From positions 350,082 to 414,081 of the forward strand of contig CAZQGO010000001.1 in the NCBI GenBank assembly GCA_964593065.1: a stretch of DNA of 64,000 nt, read 5' to 3'. This document shows, piece after piece, positions 8,819 through 18,054 of this stretch. How positions within the stretch are numbered: position 1 is the first letter of the stretch; each line of letters starts with the position of its first letter. The position numbers were made by a program, and so were the translations under genes. The notes under the pieces are model-generated. The model was not told the origin of the DNA, did no database searches, and was given only the letters and a program-made list of their open reading frames with translations. This DNA is from an uncultured bacterium (GTDB lineage Bacteria > Oederibacteriota > JAAXVQ01).

Positions 8819-11800
8819 ATGGAAGAGAGGCAGGAACAAGCACCGGCACCGTCCCTGGCTGCGGTTTTTCACGATCTCCCGGACGATTTTTGGTACTGGT
8901 GCCTCACCGAAGGCATCCAGCGCGGCTGGCTGACCGATCTGCTGCCCTGGCTGCCGCCGGAAGGCGTCCAGGAAAAGTACACCGGGCGGTCGGGGGAGCC
9001 GGCCCTGTCCCAGGCTTTCGGCTTTTTCCAGCTCTGCAAGCAGGAACTCGGCCGCCTGGGCCTCGAATTGGCACCGGATTCACGGGTGTTGGATTTCGGC
9101 TGCGGTTGGGGCCGCATCACCCGTTTGCTCCTGAAGGACGTCCATCCCCGGAACGTGACGGGCGTGGACATGCTCGACGAAGCCATCCGCATTTGCCGCA
9201 AGTCGAATTTTCCCTGCGCTTTCGAGCGCATTTCCCCCCGGCCGCCCATTTTTTACGCCGACGAATCCCTGGATTATATTTTCGCCTATTCGGTCTTCAC
9301 CCATTTGTCCGAGGAATGCGCCCGCGCCTGGATCGGGGAGTTCCGGAGGATCCTCAAGCCCGGGGGCGTGGTTTTCGCCACCATCAGGCCGCCGGAGGCC
9401 GTGGAGGAGTTCGCCCGGCTGCGCCAGGTCCCGGACATCCCTTCCTCCGGGCAAACCGCGGCGCAGGCTTTCCAGGACTTGGACCGGGTGCGGCGGGACT
9501 ATGCGGCCGGGCGCTTTGTTTTCGAACCCTCGCCAGGAGCCTCCCCGGAAGGCGCCTGCTTCGGCGAAGCCCTCATTCCGCCGGCCTATGCGCAGCGGAA
9601 TTATTCCGGCCATTTTCCCGAAATCCGCATCCTGGAGTCCCGGGACCACGGGCGGTTCGACCAGCACCTGCTGATTCTGCGCAAAGCCCCCCGGCCCGTC
9701 GCGTCGGCGGCAGGACCGGCGGCCGAGCCGGCTCTCCCCCCGGCGCGCGAGCCGGAGCTGCCCTGGACCGGGGAACGTCTGGTCACCTCCCTGCGGGGAC
9801 CCATTGTCGGCGAACATTTGCACCGCTATGCCCTGGCCGCCGAACTGGTCGCCGGCCGGACGGTGCTGGACGTGGCCTGCGGCGAGGGCTACGGTTCGCA
9901 CCTGCTGGGACGCCGGGCCCGGCGCGTCCTGGGCGTGGACAATTCCCCGGAGACCATCGAGCACGCGCGCGCGAAGTATGGGCGGGAGAATGTGGAATTC
10001 CAGGTGGGTTCGGCGGAAGCCATCCCCCTGCCGGACCGGTCCGTGGACGCCGTCGTCACCTTCGAAACCATCGAGCACCTGCGCGCTCCCGGCCCCTTCC
10101 TGGCCGAGATTCGCCGCTGCCTGGGACCCCGGGGCGTGCTGGTCATTTCCTCTCCGGACCGGGAGCCCTACCAAGAGGCCACGCCCGAGCCCAATGTTTT
10201 CCATGAGCAGGAATTGACCCATGCGCAGTTCGCCGAACTGCTACGGGGAACATTCCGGCACGTGTTCCTGGCGCGCCAGCGCTTTCTCCAGGGGTCCTTC
10301 ATGGCGCCGGACCAGGAGGATCCCGCGCCCCGCCTGGGCACCTTTTCCGGCAATTTCAACGAGGTATCCTTCCATCCCGGCGTGAACAGGGGCATCTATT
10401 CCATCGCCGTGTGTTCCGACGCCCCCCTGGAACGCGTTCCCATGGGGGTGTTTGAAAGCCCCCTGGCCAACGCGGACGGGGCCTGGACCCAGTGGGCCCA
10501 GGTGCAGCGGCGCCTGCAGGAATTGAGCGAGGAATACCGGCAGCTGGCCGCCGCGCACGCCCTGGGACAGCGCGTGAACGCCGTCCTGGGATTTTTACGC
10601 GCCGAGCAGGAAAAGGACCGCGTGCTCCAGGAAACACGCCTGGAGCAGGAGCGCGAAAGCAACCGGAACCTTTCGGAAGCCCTGGAGCAAGCCCGGGAGC
10701 GGATCGGAGAGCTGGGCCGCGAACTCGAACGGGTCAATTCCCAGAAGCACCAGATGCTGCTGACCCTGCAGCAGTTCGAACAACGCCTCCACTGGCAGCG
10801 GCACCGGCATCAGAAAATGCGGACGCAGTTGATCGTGGCCAACAATCTGGCGCGCACGTTCCGCGGCCTGCTCCCGGCCTGCAAACGCGCGAGCCTGAGG
10901 AAATGGCAGCGGATCCGCCGCCGGGTCCTTCCTCCCGCCCAAGCCCGGCGCGGCCTGCTGCACGGGCTGTGGACCGTGCTGGATTGGCCGTGGCGCGCCT
11001 GGCATGCCCGCCCGAGCCAGCGCCGCCTCGTGCGCGCCAGCGGACTGTTCGACGCCGCTTATTACCTCGAACAGGTTCCCGACCTGGCGGCCCGCGGCCT
11101 GGATCCCGTGAAGCACTACCTGGCGCGCGGAGCCGAGGAGGGGCGGAATCCCAGCGCCTTGTTTGACACGTCCTTCTACCTGCGCAGCAACCCGGACGTG
11201 GACGAGTTCGGCGTCAACCCGCTCGTGCATTTCATCCAATCCGGAATGGACGAGGAACGCGATCCTTCGCCGGCCTTCGACACGCAGTATTACCTGGAAA
11301 ACAATTCCGACCTGGTGGCGGCCGGAGTGTCCGCGTTCCCGCATTATTATCACACCGGACGCCGCGAGGGCCGGCTGGCGCATGCGCATGGCGCCGGGGG
11401 CGACTCCCGGGCCGAATCCGGCGGCTCCTCGCCCGCCCCGGCCGCTCCGGCCGGCGAGGACGGGGACGGGCGCGAGCCCGTTGAACCGCGCTGGCGTTCC
11501 ACGGTGGATTGGCGCCGGCGTCCGCAGCCGGAACCCGGCAACGTGAAATGCATTGCCTTCTACCTGCCCCAGTTTCACCCCGTGCCGGAGAACGACGAAT
11601 GGTGGGGGGAAGGCTTCACCGAGTGGGAAATGGTCTCGCGGGCGGCGCCGCTGTTTCACGGGCATTACCAGCCGCACCGGCCCGCGGAACTCGGCTTTTA
11701 CGACCTGCGCGTTCCGGAGGTCCGGGAAAAGCAGGCGGCCATGGCCCGGGCCTTCGGCATCCAGGGCTTCTGCTACTATTATTACTGGTTCAACGGCCAG

Positions 11801-13831
11801 CGCCTGCTCGACCGGCCGCTGCAGGAGGTCCTGGCTTCGGGCCGGCCTGACTTTCCATTCTGCATCTGCTGGGCCAACGAGAACTGGACTCGCCGCTGGG
11901 ACGGCCAGGACCAGCAGGTGCTCATTGAGCAGGGGCATTCCTTCGAGTCGGACGTGGCTTTCATCCGGGACGTGATCCCCATCCTGAAAGACCCCCGCTA
12001 CCTCCGCTTCGAGGGCAAGCCCGTGCTGCTGGTCTATCGCGCGGACAAACTGCGGGATCCGCGGGCCACGGCCCGGGCCTGGCGCGACCTGTGCGCCCAG
12101 GCCGGAATCCCGGGCCTGCATCTGTGCATGGTGGAGATTCTGGGCACCGGCCAGCCCCAGCAGCGGGGATTCGACGCGCTGGTGGAATTTCCTCCCAACA
12201 GTTACCTGTGCAAGAACATCGCGCACTCGGTCCGGGGACTGCATCCCCAGTTTCGGGGGCAGATTTTCGACTACCGGGAACTGGCCGGCCAGTCCCTGCA
12301 GCACCGGCCGGAGGGTTATCCGTACCACCGCACCGTGATGGGCATGTGGGACAACACCGCACGCACGGGCCAGGATGCGCGGATTTTCCATCACGCCCGG
12401 CCCGACCTCTACGAGCACTGGCTGGAAACGTTCGTGCGGGAAGCCAAAAGCCGGCGGGACCAGGAAGCCTTGATTTTCATCAACGCCTGGAACGAATGGG
12501 GAGAGGGCGCGCACTTGGAGCCCGACCGGCGCCACGGATTCGGCTGGCTGGAAGCCACGGCCCGCGCCCTGTCCGCGAAGCCCGGCGCGGCCCGGGCGCT
12601 TCCGGAGCAGCCGCCGGCCGCCGCCGGCCCGGAGCCGTCCGGGGCGGAAGCGTCGCACGCGACGGAGGGCGGGGAGGAGGCGGCCGCGGCCGGAAAAAAC
12701 GGCGGGATCGTGCTGGTCGTGCACAACGCCCTGCAATTCGGCACGCAGTTTCTTTCCCTGGCGCTGGCCGAGACCTGGCTGCGGCGGTACCGCGAAAAAA
12801 TGTTCGTGCTCCTCAAGCAGGGAGGCGAACTGGAACCGGCCTTTGCCCGGACCGGCCATGTGATCAACCTCGAATCCGAAACCCGCCGTTTGGGCTCCGA
12901 GGCGGCGGCCCTGGAAAGGATCCGGCGCCGCCTGCAAGCGGCCGGAGTCGACCGCTGCCTGTGCAACAGCGTGGTCACCGGGGACCTGGCCCGGTTTTTC
13001 AAGCAGCAGGGCTGCCGGGTGGTTTCGCTGGTGCATGAATTGCCCGCGCTCACCGCCACCTACGGGTACGAGCACCTGGCCGAGTGGCTGGCGGCCTCCT
13101 CCGACCGCCTGATCTTCCCGGTCGAAGCCGTCCGCCGCCCTTTTGTCGAGCGCTTCGCCGTGCCGGACGAAAAGACGCTCATCCGGCCCCAGGGAATCAT
13201 GCGGCCCAATCCGTACCTGCAGCGCCGGGAATGGGCGCGGCGCACGCTGCAGAAACGCCACCAATTGGGCCCGGATTTCAAGCTGGTTCTAAACTGCGCC
13301 TACGGCGACCTGCGCAAGGGCCCGGACCTTTTCCTGGCCGTGGCCCGGCAGGTGCTGCAGCAGCGGGCGGCGGACAACGTTCATTTCGTCTGGGCCGGGG
13401 CTTTTGAAAGGGAACTCAAGGCCTGGTGCGAACACGACCGGAGGGGCATGGCCTTTGCCGACCGGGTGCATTTCATCGGCTTCCAGCAGGACGACGCCGT
13501 CTACCAGGCGGCGGCCGACATTCTGGCCTTAACCTCCCGCGAGGACCCCCTGCCGCATGTCATGCTCTCGGCCATGGAGGCCGGCGTGCCCGTGGTCGCG
13601 TTTGCCGGCAGCGGCGGCGCGGATGAAATCCTGGCGGACGGCCGGGGCGTCCTGGTGCCGTATCTGGACGTGGCCGGCATGGCCGGCGCAATCGCGGGGC
13701 TGCTGCTGGACGAGGAGCGGCGACGGGACATCGGCCGCCGGGCCGCGGAGACGATCGCGCGCTCGTTCCGGTTTGAGGATTACGTGGATTTCATCGCGCG
13801 GCAATTCGAAAAGGTCCCGGCGGGGCGGTAA
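8819..13831 (+). CDS. giant multidomain glycan-modifying protein: 2x class I SAM methyltransferase, coiled coil, 3 tandem ~38-aa repeats, WbsX-like domain, GT4 glycosyltransferase domain
   Basis: MT1 is VLDFGCGWGRIT. MT2 is VLDVACGEGYGSHLL. A heptad-rich, coiled-coil-like segment (ELSEEYRQLAAA...RLEQERESNRNLSEALEQARERIGELGRELERVNSQKHQ) follows. Three repeats run FDxxYYLxxNPDVxxxGxxPLxHFxxxGxxEGRxPS. The WbsX-type motif is CIAFYLPQFHPVPENDEWWGEGFTEWEMV. The C-terminal GT4-like segment is HFIGFQQDD...LPHVMLSAMEAGVPVVAF. The ORF is open from 8588 (TTG). I prefer the in-frame ATG at 8819 (MEERQEQ...) because a promoter-like element overlaps 8588-8616. Confidence 0.8.
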   Translation: MEERQEQAPAPSLAAVFHDLPDDFWYWCLTEGIQRGWLTDLLPWLPPEGVQEKYTGRSGEPALSQAFGFFQLCKQELGRLGLELAPDSRVLDFGCGWGRITRLLLKDVHPRNVTGVDMLDEAIRICRKSNFPCAFERISPRPPIFYADESLDYIFAYSVFTHLSEECARAWIGEFRRILKPGGVVFATIRPPEAVEEFARLRQVPDIPSSGQTAAQAFQDLDRVRRDYAAGRFVFEPSPGASPEGACFGEALIPPAYAQRNYSGHFPEIRILESRDHGRFDQHLLILRKAPRPVASAAGPAAEPALPPAREPELPWTGERLVTSLRGPIVGEHLHRYALAAELVAGRTVLDVACGEGYGSHLLGRRARRVLGVDNSPETIEHARAKYGRENVEFQVGSAEAIPLPDRSVDAVVTFETIEHLRAPGPFLAEIRRCLGPRGVLVISSPDREPYQEATPEPNVFHEQELTHAQFAELLRGTFRHVFLARQRFLQGSFMAPDQEDPAPRLGTFSGNFNEVSFHPGVNRGIYSIAVCSDAPLERVPMGVFESPLANADGAWTQWAQVQRRLQELSEEYRQLAAAHALGQRVNAVLGFLRAEQEKDRVLQETRLEQERESNRNLSEALEQARERIGELGRELERVNSQKHQMLLTLQQFEQRLHWQRHRHQKMRTQLIVANNLARTFRGLLPACKRASLRKWQRIRRRVLPPAQARRGLLHGLWTVLDWPWRAWHARPSQRRLVRASGLFDAAYYLEQVPDLAARGLDPVKHYLARGAEEGRNPSALFDTSFYLRSNPDVDEFGVNPLVHFIQSGMDEERDPSPAFDTQYYLENNSDLVAAGVSAFPHYYHTGRREGRLAHAHGAGGDSRAESGGSSPAPAAPAGEDGDGREPVEPRWRSTVDWRRRPQPEPGNVKCIAFYLPQFHPVPENDEWWGEGFTEWEMVSRAAPLFHGHYQPHRPAELGFYDLRVPEVREKQAAMARAFGIQGFCYYYYWFNGQRLLDRPLQEVLASGRPDFPFCICWANENWTRRWDGQDQQVLIEQGHSFESDVAFIRDVIPILKDPRYLRFEGKPVLLVYRADKLRDPRATARAWRDLCAQAGIPGLHLCMVEILGTGQPQQRGFDALVEFPPNSYLCKNIAHSVRGLHPQFRGQIFDYRELAGQSLQHRPEGYPYHRTVMGMWDNTARTGQDARIFHHARPDLYEHWLETFVREAKSRRDQEALIFINAWNEWGEGAHLEPDRRHGFGWLEATARALSAKPGAARALPEQPPAAAGPEPSGAEASHATEGGEEAAAAGKNGGIVLVVHNALQFGTQFLSLALAETWLRRYREKMFVLLKQGGELEPAFARTGHVINLESETRRLGSEAAALERIRRRLQAAGVDRCLCNSVVTGDLARFFKQQGCRVVSLVHELPALTATYGYEHLAEWLAASSDRLIFPVEAVRRPFVERFAVPDEKTLIRPQGIMRPNPYLQRREWARRTLQKRHQLGPDFKLVLNCAYGDLRKGPDLFLAVARQVLQQRAADNVHFVWAGAFERELKAWCEHDRRGMAFADRVHFIGFQQDDAVYQAAADILALTSREDPLPHVMLSAMEAGVPVVAFAGSGGADEILADGRGVLVPYLDVAGMAGAIAGLLLDEERRRDIGRRAAETIARSFRFEDYVDFIARQFEKVPAGR

Positions 13832-13842
13832 AATCCCCCGCG

Positions 13843-14086
13843 GCCTCATCCAGAGGATGAGGCTTAGGGTTCGGGGGCGGTGAAGCCCCCGACTGAAGTT
13901 GGAAGGAAAGCAGGACGTATCGGCTCAGGCCCCGTCAGGGGCCAGGGGTGGTCAGGGGAAAATTCCCCTGACTCCATGAGGGATGACCGCGAGCCGAGGA
14001 GTCCTTTCCGCTTTCGGCGAGTGCCAGAGGGGAAGCCTCCCCTATGGAGAGCGGAGCGAAAGCGGCTGGGGAACCTGTGGTTCCCC
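13843..14086 (+). ncRNA. candidate cis-regulatory structured RNA element (unclassified), copy A, in the 5' leader of the MBOAT gene
   Basis: Three parts. A 5' hairpin GCCUCAUCC-AGA-GGAUGAGGC. A conserved core UAGGGUUCGGGGGCGGUGAAGCCCCCGACUGAAGUUGGAAGGAAAGCAGGACG with an internal 8-bp stem UCGGGGGC/GCCCCCGA. A 3' perfect hairpin GGGGAACC-UGU-GGUUCCCC at 14068-14086. A near-identical element is present at 25004..25115. Confidence 0.35.
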
Positions 14087-14128
14087 TGAAAGTACCCACC
14101 CGGGCGTGGGCACGAAAGGAAAGCGTGC

Positions 14129-15556
14129 ATGGTATTTTCCTCGGTCAGCTTTTTATTTTACTTTCTGCCGGTGGTCCTCCTGGCCTATTTCCTCGTGCGT
14201 CCCGCCTGGCGGAATTTCGTGCTCCTGCTGTCCGGGCTGGTCTTTTACCTCTGGGGCGCGGGTGAAATCGTCTTCATCCTGATGTTGTCCATCGCCTTGA
14301 ATTGGGTTTTCGGGCTGATGGCCGCTGCGGCCCGCGACAGCGGGGAACGGTGGCGCCGGAACCTGCCGGTGATCGCCTCCGTGATCGTGAACCTGGGCAT
14401 CCTGGGCTATTTCAAGTACACGAATTTTTTCGTCGCCCAGATCAACCATCTCGGGGAAATCACGCGGGCCGGTTTCATGCCGGTCTATCTCGCGCCCATC
14501 CTGCTGCCCATCGGCGTGTCCTTCTTCACGTTTCAGGCCATGAGCTACGTGATCGACGTGGCCCAGGGCCGCGTGGAGCCCCTGCAAAACCCGGTGGACT
14601 TCGGCATGTACATCGCCATGTTTCCCCAGCTGGTGGCCGGGCCGATCGTCCGCTACCATGAAATCGCCCCGCAAATCCACCGGCGCGGCGTCACCTGGGA
14701 AGGCTTCTCCGCCGGCATGGTGCGTTTCATTCACGGCCTGGTCAAAAAGGTGGTTTTCGCGGATTCGATCGGGCTGCTGGCCGACCAGGCTTTCAAGGCG
14801 CCCGAGCGCTTGAGCGCCGGCGGCGCCTGGCTGGGGCTGCTGGCCTTCACCATCCAGGTCTATTTCGATTTCTCGGGCTATTCGGACATGGCCATCGGCC
14901 TGGGCCAGATGTTCGGCTTCCGCCTGCCCGAGAATTTCAACCGGCCCTATTCGGCCGTGAGTTTCACGGACTTCTGGCGGCGCTGGCACATGACCCTTTC
15001 GCACTGGTTCCGCGATTACGTCTACATTCCCCTGGGCGGATCGCGGCGGGGACCCTGGCGCACCTACCTCAACCTCGTCATCGTCTTTTTCCTGGTGGGA
15101 TTCTGGCACGGCGCCAACTGGACGTTCGTGGTCTTCGGCCTCTACCACGGCTTCTGGATGAGCCTGGAGCGGGCCACCGGGCGCCGGTTTGCCGGAGAGA
15201 TGAAACACCCCCTGGTCCGCCGGGCGCTCACTTTCTTCCTCATCCTCCTGGGCATGACCCTGTTTCGTGCCGAGAACATGCATCAGGCCTGGACCTATTA
15301 CCAGACCTTGTTCGGCCTGCGGGGCGGCACGCAGTTTTTGGCCCCGGGCACGGATTGGCAGGGTCTGGTCTTTCTGGCCCTGGGCAGCCTGGTGGTTTTC
15401 CTGCCCGACAACCTCGTGGTGGGCAGGCTCCTGGAGCAGTCCGAAAAACGCGCCGTGGCCTGGATGCGGCTCGGCCTGGCCACCGTGGCCCTGACCTTCG
15501 CCATCATGCTGATCGTCAGCCGGAATTACACTCCCTTCATCTACTTCCAATTCTGA
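14129..15556 (+). CDS. MBOAT family membrane-bound O-acyltransferase (AlgI/DltB-like)
   Basis: Polytopic protein. FWRRWHMTLSHWFRDYVYIPLGG carries the conserved His motif of MBOAT proteins. Size 475 aa. Confidence 0.9.
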   Translation: MVFSSVSFLFYFLPVVLLAYFLVRPAWRNFVLLLSGLVFYLWGAGEIVFILMLSIALNWVFGLMAAAARDSGERWRRNLPVIASVIVNLGILGYFKYTNFFVAQINHLGEITRAGFMPVYLAPILLPIGVSFFTFQAMSYVIDVAQGRVEPLQNPVDFGMYIAMFPQLVAGPIVRYHEIAPQIHRRGVTWEGFSAGMVRFIHGLVKKVVFADSIGLLADQAFKAPERLSAGGAWLGLLAFTIQVYFDFSGYSDMAIGLGQMFGFRLPENFNRPYSAVSFTDFWRRWHMTLSHWFRDYVYIPLGGSRRGPWRTYLNLVIVFFLVGFWHGANWTFVVFGLYHGFWMSLERATGRRFAGEMKHPLVRRALTFFLILLGMTLFRAENMHQAWTYYQTLFGLRGGTQFLAPGTDWQGLVFLALGSLVVFLPDNLVVGRLLEQSEKRAVAWMRLGLATVALTFAIMLIVSRNYTPFIYFQF

Positions 15557-18054
15557 TGACCCGGAAACGCTCCCTCACCCTCTGCGCCGCCGTCGGCCTT
15601 TTCTGGCTGTGCCTGCCGCTGCCGCTGACGCCCTGGCTCAGCCACTACAACCGGGACTTCATCGAAAACGTGGAAAAGCGCCTGCCCGCAACCTGGCCCC
15701 ACCTCGGCGGACCCCGGGACCTGCTGCGGGCCCAAACCTACCGGCGCATCAGCGCGTTCCTGCAGGACCGCATGCCGTTTCGCGACTGGCTGATCACGGG
15801 CGAGCGGCGGCTCGCGTACCTGTTTTTTAAACGCCGGAGTTTCGGCCAGGTGGATGTGGGCCGGGACGGATGGCTCTTCATCCGCGACGCCTATTACCGG
15901 CCCACGGAAAACGAACAGAAGGTGCGCCAGGTGCTGCGCGAGGTGGATTATTTCCTGACCCGCCGGCCGCCGGGGGAAGCCAGCCTGCTGCTGGTGATCG
16001 GGCCCGACAAGGACTCCATTTACCCCGAAAAAATGAGCGCCACCTGCCTGGCGTACCAGGCCAAGGCCGACAACCGGAGAAAGCTCATCCGCGAGTTCTT
16101 CACGCGCCCCCACGGCGGACGGGTGTTGGGCTTGTGGTCCGCGTATCTGCGGGAAAAGAAGACTTCGCCGGTATTGCTGTTTTATCCCAAGGACACGCAC
16201 CATACCCCCACCGGCGCGCTGATCATGTGCCGCGGCATCATCGAGGCCGTGCAGCCGGGACTGTGGCGCCCGGAGGAGGTCCGGAACAAGGGCCGGCAGA
16301 CCAAGGTGGGGGATTTAAGCCTCCTGGCCGGCCTGGGCTGGGGGATCGACGTCGTGCAGGATTGCGACGTCGTACGCCCGGGCGTCCAGCTGGTGAAGCG
16401 CATCGCCCTGGATCACACCGGCAGCTGGAAGGATTCGGCCCGCTACCTTTCCCGCAGCGACACGCGCCCCCTGATCCCGGGCCGGACCGCGATCCTGCAT
16501 GATTCCCTGCTCGGGGCCAACCGGGAAACCCTGCGGCAGTTTTTCCGGGACGTCACCTTCATCCATTACGAAAAAATCTACAGCGCGGACAAACTCCAGG
16601 CCGTGATGCGGCAGTACGACCGGGTGATCATGGAGGTGGTGGAACGCGAATCCGTCGGCATCTTGGAGAAGCTTCTCGACGGTTACAACTACCACGTCCT
16701 GCGCGAGCTGGGACCCGGGGATTTTTCGGCCGTCACTTCCAACCAGCAGGTCAAATTATCCCCGGCCGGGACGGAGTTGGTGGCCGAGGCCTCGGGCTAC
16801 GACCCCATGATCTTCATTCCCAGCCCCCACCTGCGCCTGAATACGGAGTACCTGGTGTGGATCGACCTGGAATCCACGGCGGACACCTACTGCCAGCTGT
16901 TTTACCAGACCAATGATGTCCCCCGCTTCGAGGACGCGCAAAGCCTCATCAAGAAGGTCGACGTGGGCCGGAATCTGCTGACGTTCCATCTGCCCGCCGG
17001 CAGCATCTGGTATCCCCTGCGGTTGGACCCCGGCCTGCAGCCGGGCCGCTACCGCTTCAAGGCTTTTCAGTACCGGCAGCTTCTGCCCCCGCCGCAAGGC
17101 GGGGAAGGGGAGGACATCCCGGAGAATGCGGTTTCCACCACGCTCTTCTTCGCCTGGGGGCCGGTCAGCCGGCTCCTGGCCACGCCGCGCGGATTCGTTG
17201 CCAGCGATCCCCGGACGAGACTGGAGAATGTGCCGGCCGGCATTCTCGTCACGGCGGCCGGGGAAGACCCGCAAATCAGCCTGCCCGTCCTGCCGGACCT
17301 GGTGGCGGGAACGCAACCGGTCCTGGAAATCGATCTCGAAGCCTCCACGGACACGTTCAGCCAGTTGTTTTATCTGACCCCCGGCGTGCCGGCCTACCGG
17401 GAAGACCTGAGCGTCAAGCAGGACATCCACCGCGGCGAGAACCGCCTGCGTTTCGTCCTGCCGCCGGAAAGCCTGCGGTTTCCCCTGCGCTTCGACCCCG
17501 GCGGGAAACCCGGAACGTACCTGTTGCGCTTCGTCAGCTTGGGCGGCGCGTGGCCGGCCAGCCTGCAGGCCGAGGCGGTCCGGCCGGGAATGCCTCCCCC
17601 CGCCCGTGCCAAACTGAATATGTTATACTTGATCGGCCGGAAAAAACTCTGGACCGGGGCGGAACTTCTGCCCCGGCTCCTGTGGCGGCAACAGGTCAAC
17701 CTCAAAGCTGCGGGCCCGGGTCTGGCGGTCCAGGTCCTGGGAAACGACCCGATCCTGGGCCTGCCGGCCTTCGAACCCCCCCGGACGGAAGGCTATTACC
17801 AGGTCAGCCTGAAACTGTTTTCGCCCCGCGCCACGGAGGCCCAGTTGTATTACCTCGAGCCCGGGGAGAAAAATTACCGCGAGGAGGCCAGCGCGCGCTG
17901 CGGAGTCCGCCCGGGACTCAATACCCTGGTTTTTCTCGTGGAGGGGCGGCAGCTCCTGCAGCCCCTGCGACTCGATCCGGCCTGCCATCCCGGGGAATAC
18001 CGGCTGGACGCGCTGGAAATCGAGGAAGTCACGACCGGCGACCTCCGGCGCTGA
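15556..18054 (+). CDS. AlgJ/AlgX-like (SGNH-like) O-acetyltransferase partner with three C-terminal ~100-aa repeat domains
   Basis: N-terminal signal anchor. A GRDGWLF motif and a DTHHT (DxHWT-like) motif are typical of AlgJ/AlgX/AlgV. The C-terminal triple repeats each begin ...QLFY(Q/L)T..VP.(F/Y)(E/R)(D/E).... ATG at 15556 overlaps the MBOAT stop (ATGA). The six-frame ORF nominally starts at 15355, inside the upstream gene. Confidence 0.75.
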   Translation: MTRKRSLTLCAAVGLFWLCLPLPLTPWLSHYNRDFIENVEKRLPATWPHLGGPRDLLRAQTYRRISAFLQDRMPFRDWLITGERRLAYLFFKRRSFGQVDVGRDGWLFIRDAYYRPTENEQKVRQVLREVDYFLTRRPPGEASLLLVIGPDKDSIYPEKMSATCLAYQAKADNRRKLIREFFTRPHGGRVLGLWSAYLREKKTSPVLLFYPKDTHHTPTGALIMCRGIIEAVQPGLWRPEEVRNKGRQTKVGDLSLLAGLGWGIDVVQDCDVVRPGVQLVKRIALDHTGSWKDSARYLSRSDTRPLIPGRTAILHDSLLGANRETLRQFFRDVTFIHYEKIYSADKLQAVMRQYDRVIMEVVERESVGILEKLLDGYNYHVLRELGPGDFSAVTSNQQVKLSPAGTELVAEASGYDPMIFIPSPHLRLNTEYLVWIDLESTADTYCQLFYQTNDVPRFEDAQSLIKKVDVGRNLLTFHLPAGSIWYPLRLDPGLQPGRYRFKAFQYRQLLPPPQGGEGEDIPENAVSTTLFFAWGPVSRLLATPRGFVASDPRTRLENVPAGILVTAAGEDPQISLPVLPDLVAGTQPVLEIDLEASTDTFSQLFYLTPGVPAYREDLSVKQDIHRGENRLRFVLPPESLRFPLRFDPGGKPGTYLLRFVSLGGAWPASLQAEAVRPGMPPPARAKLNMLYLIGRKKLWTGAELLPRLLWRQQVNLKAAGPGLAVQVLGNDPILGLPAFEPPRTEGYYQVSLKLFSPRATEAQLYYLEPGEKNYREEASARCGVRPGLNTLVFLVEGRQLLQPLRLDPACHPGEYRLDALEIEEVTTGDLRR

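Noticed and set aside
13861-13920. Resemblance of UAGGGUUC... to the guanidine-I (ykkC) riboswitch 5' consensus, and of GGTTCG to a tRNA T-loop
   Set aside because: The downstream conserved ykkC blocks (GGUCCGAGAG-like, ACGG, GGGA) are absent. There is no cloverleaf. The similarity is limited to about 8 nt.
14095-14128. TGGGCAC...GAAAGC, a sigma-54-like -24/-12 element upstream of the MBOAT gene
   Set aside because: The spacing and the -12 element (no TTGC) do not fit the TGGCAC-N5-TTGCW consensus.
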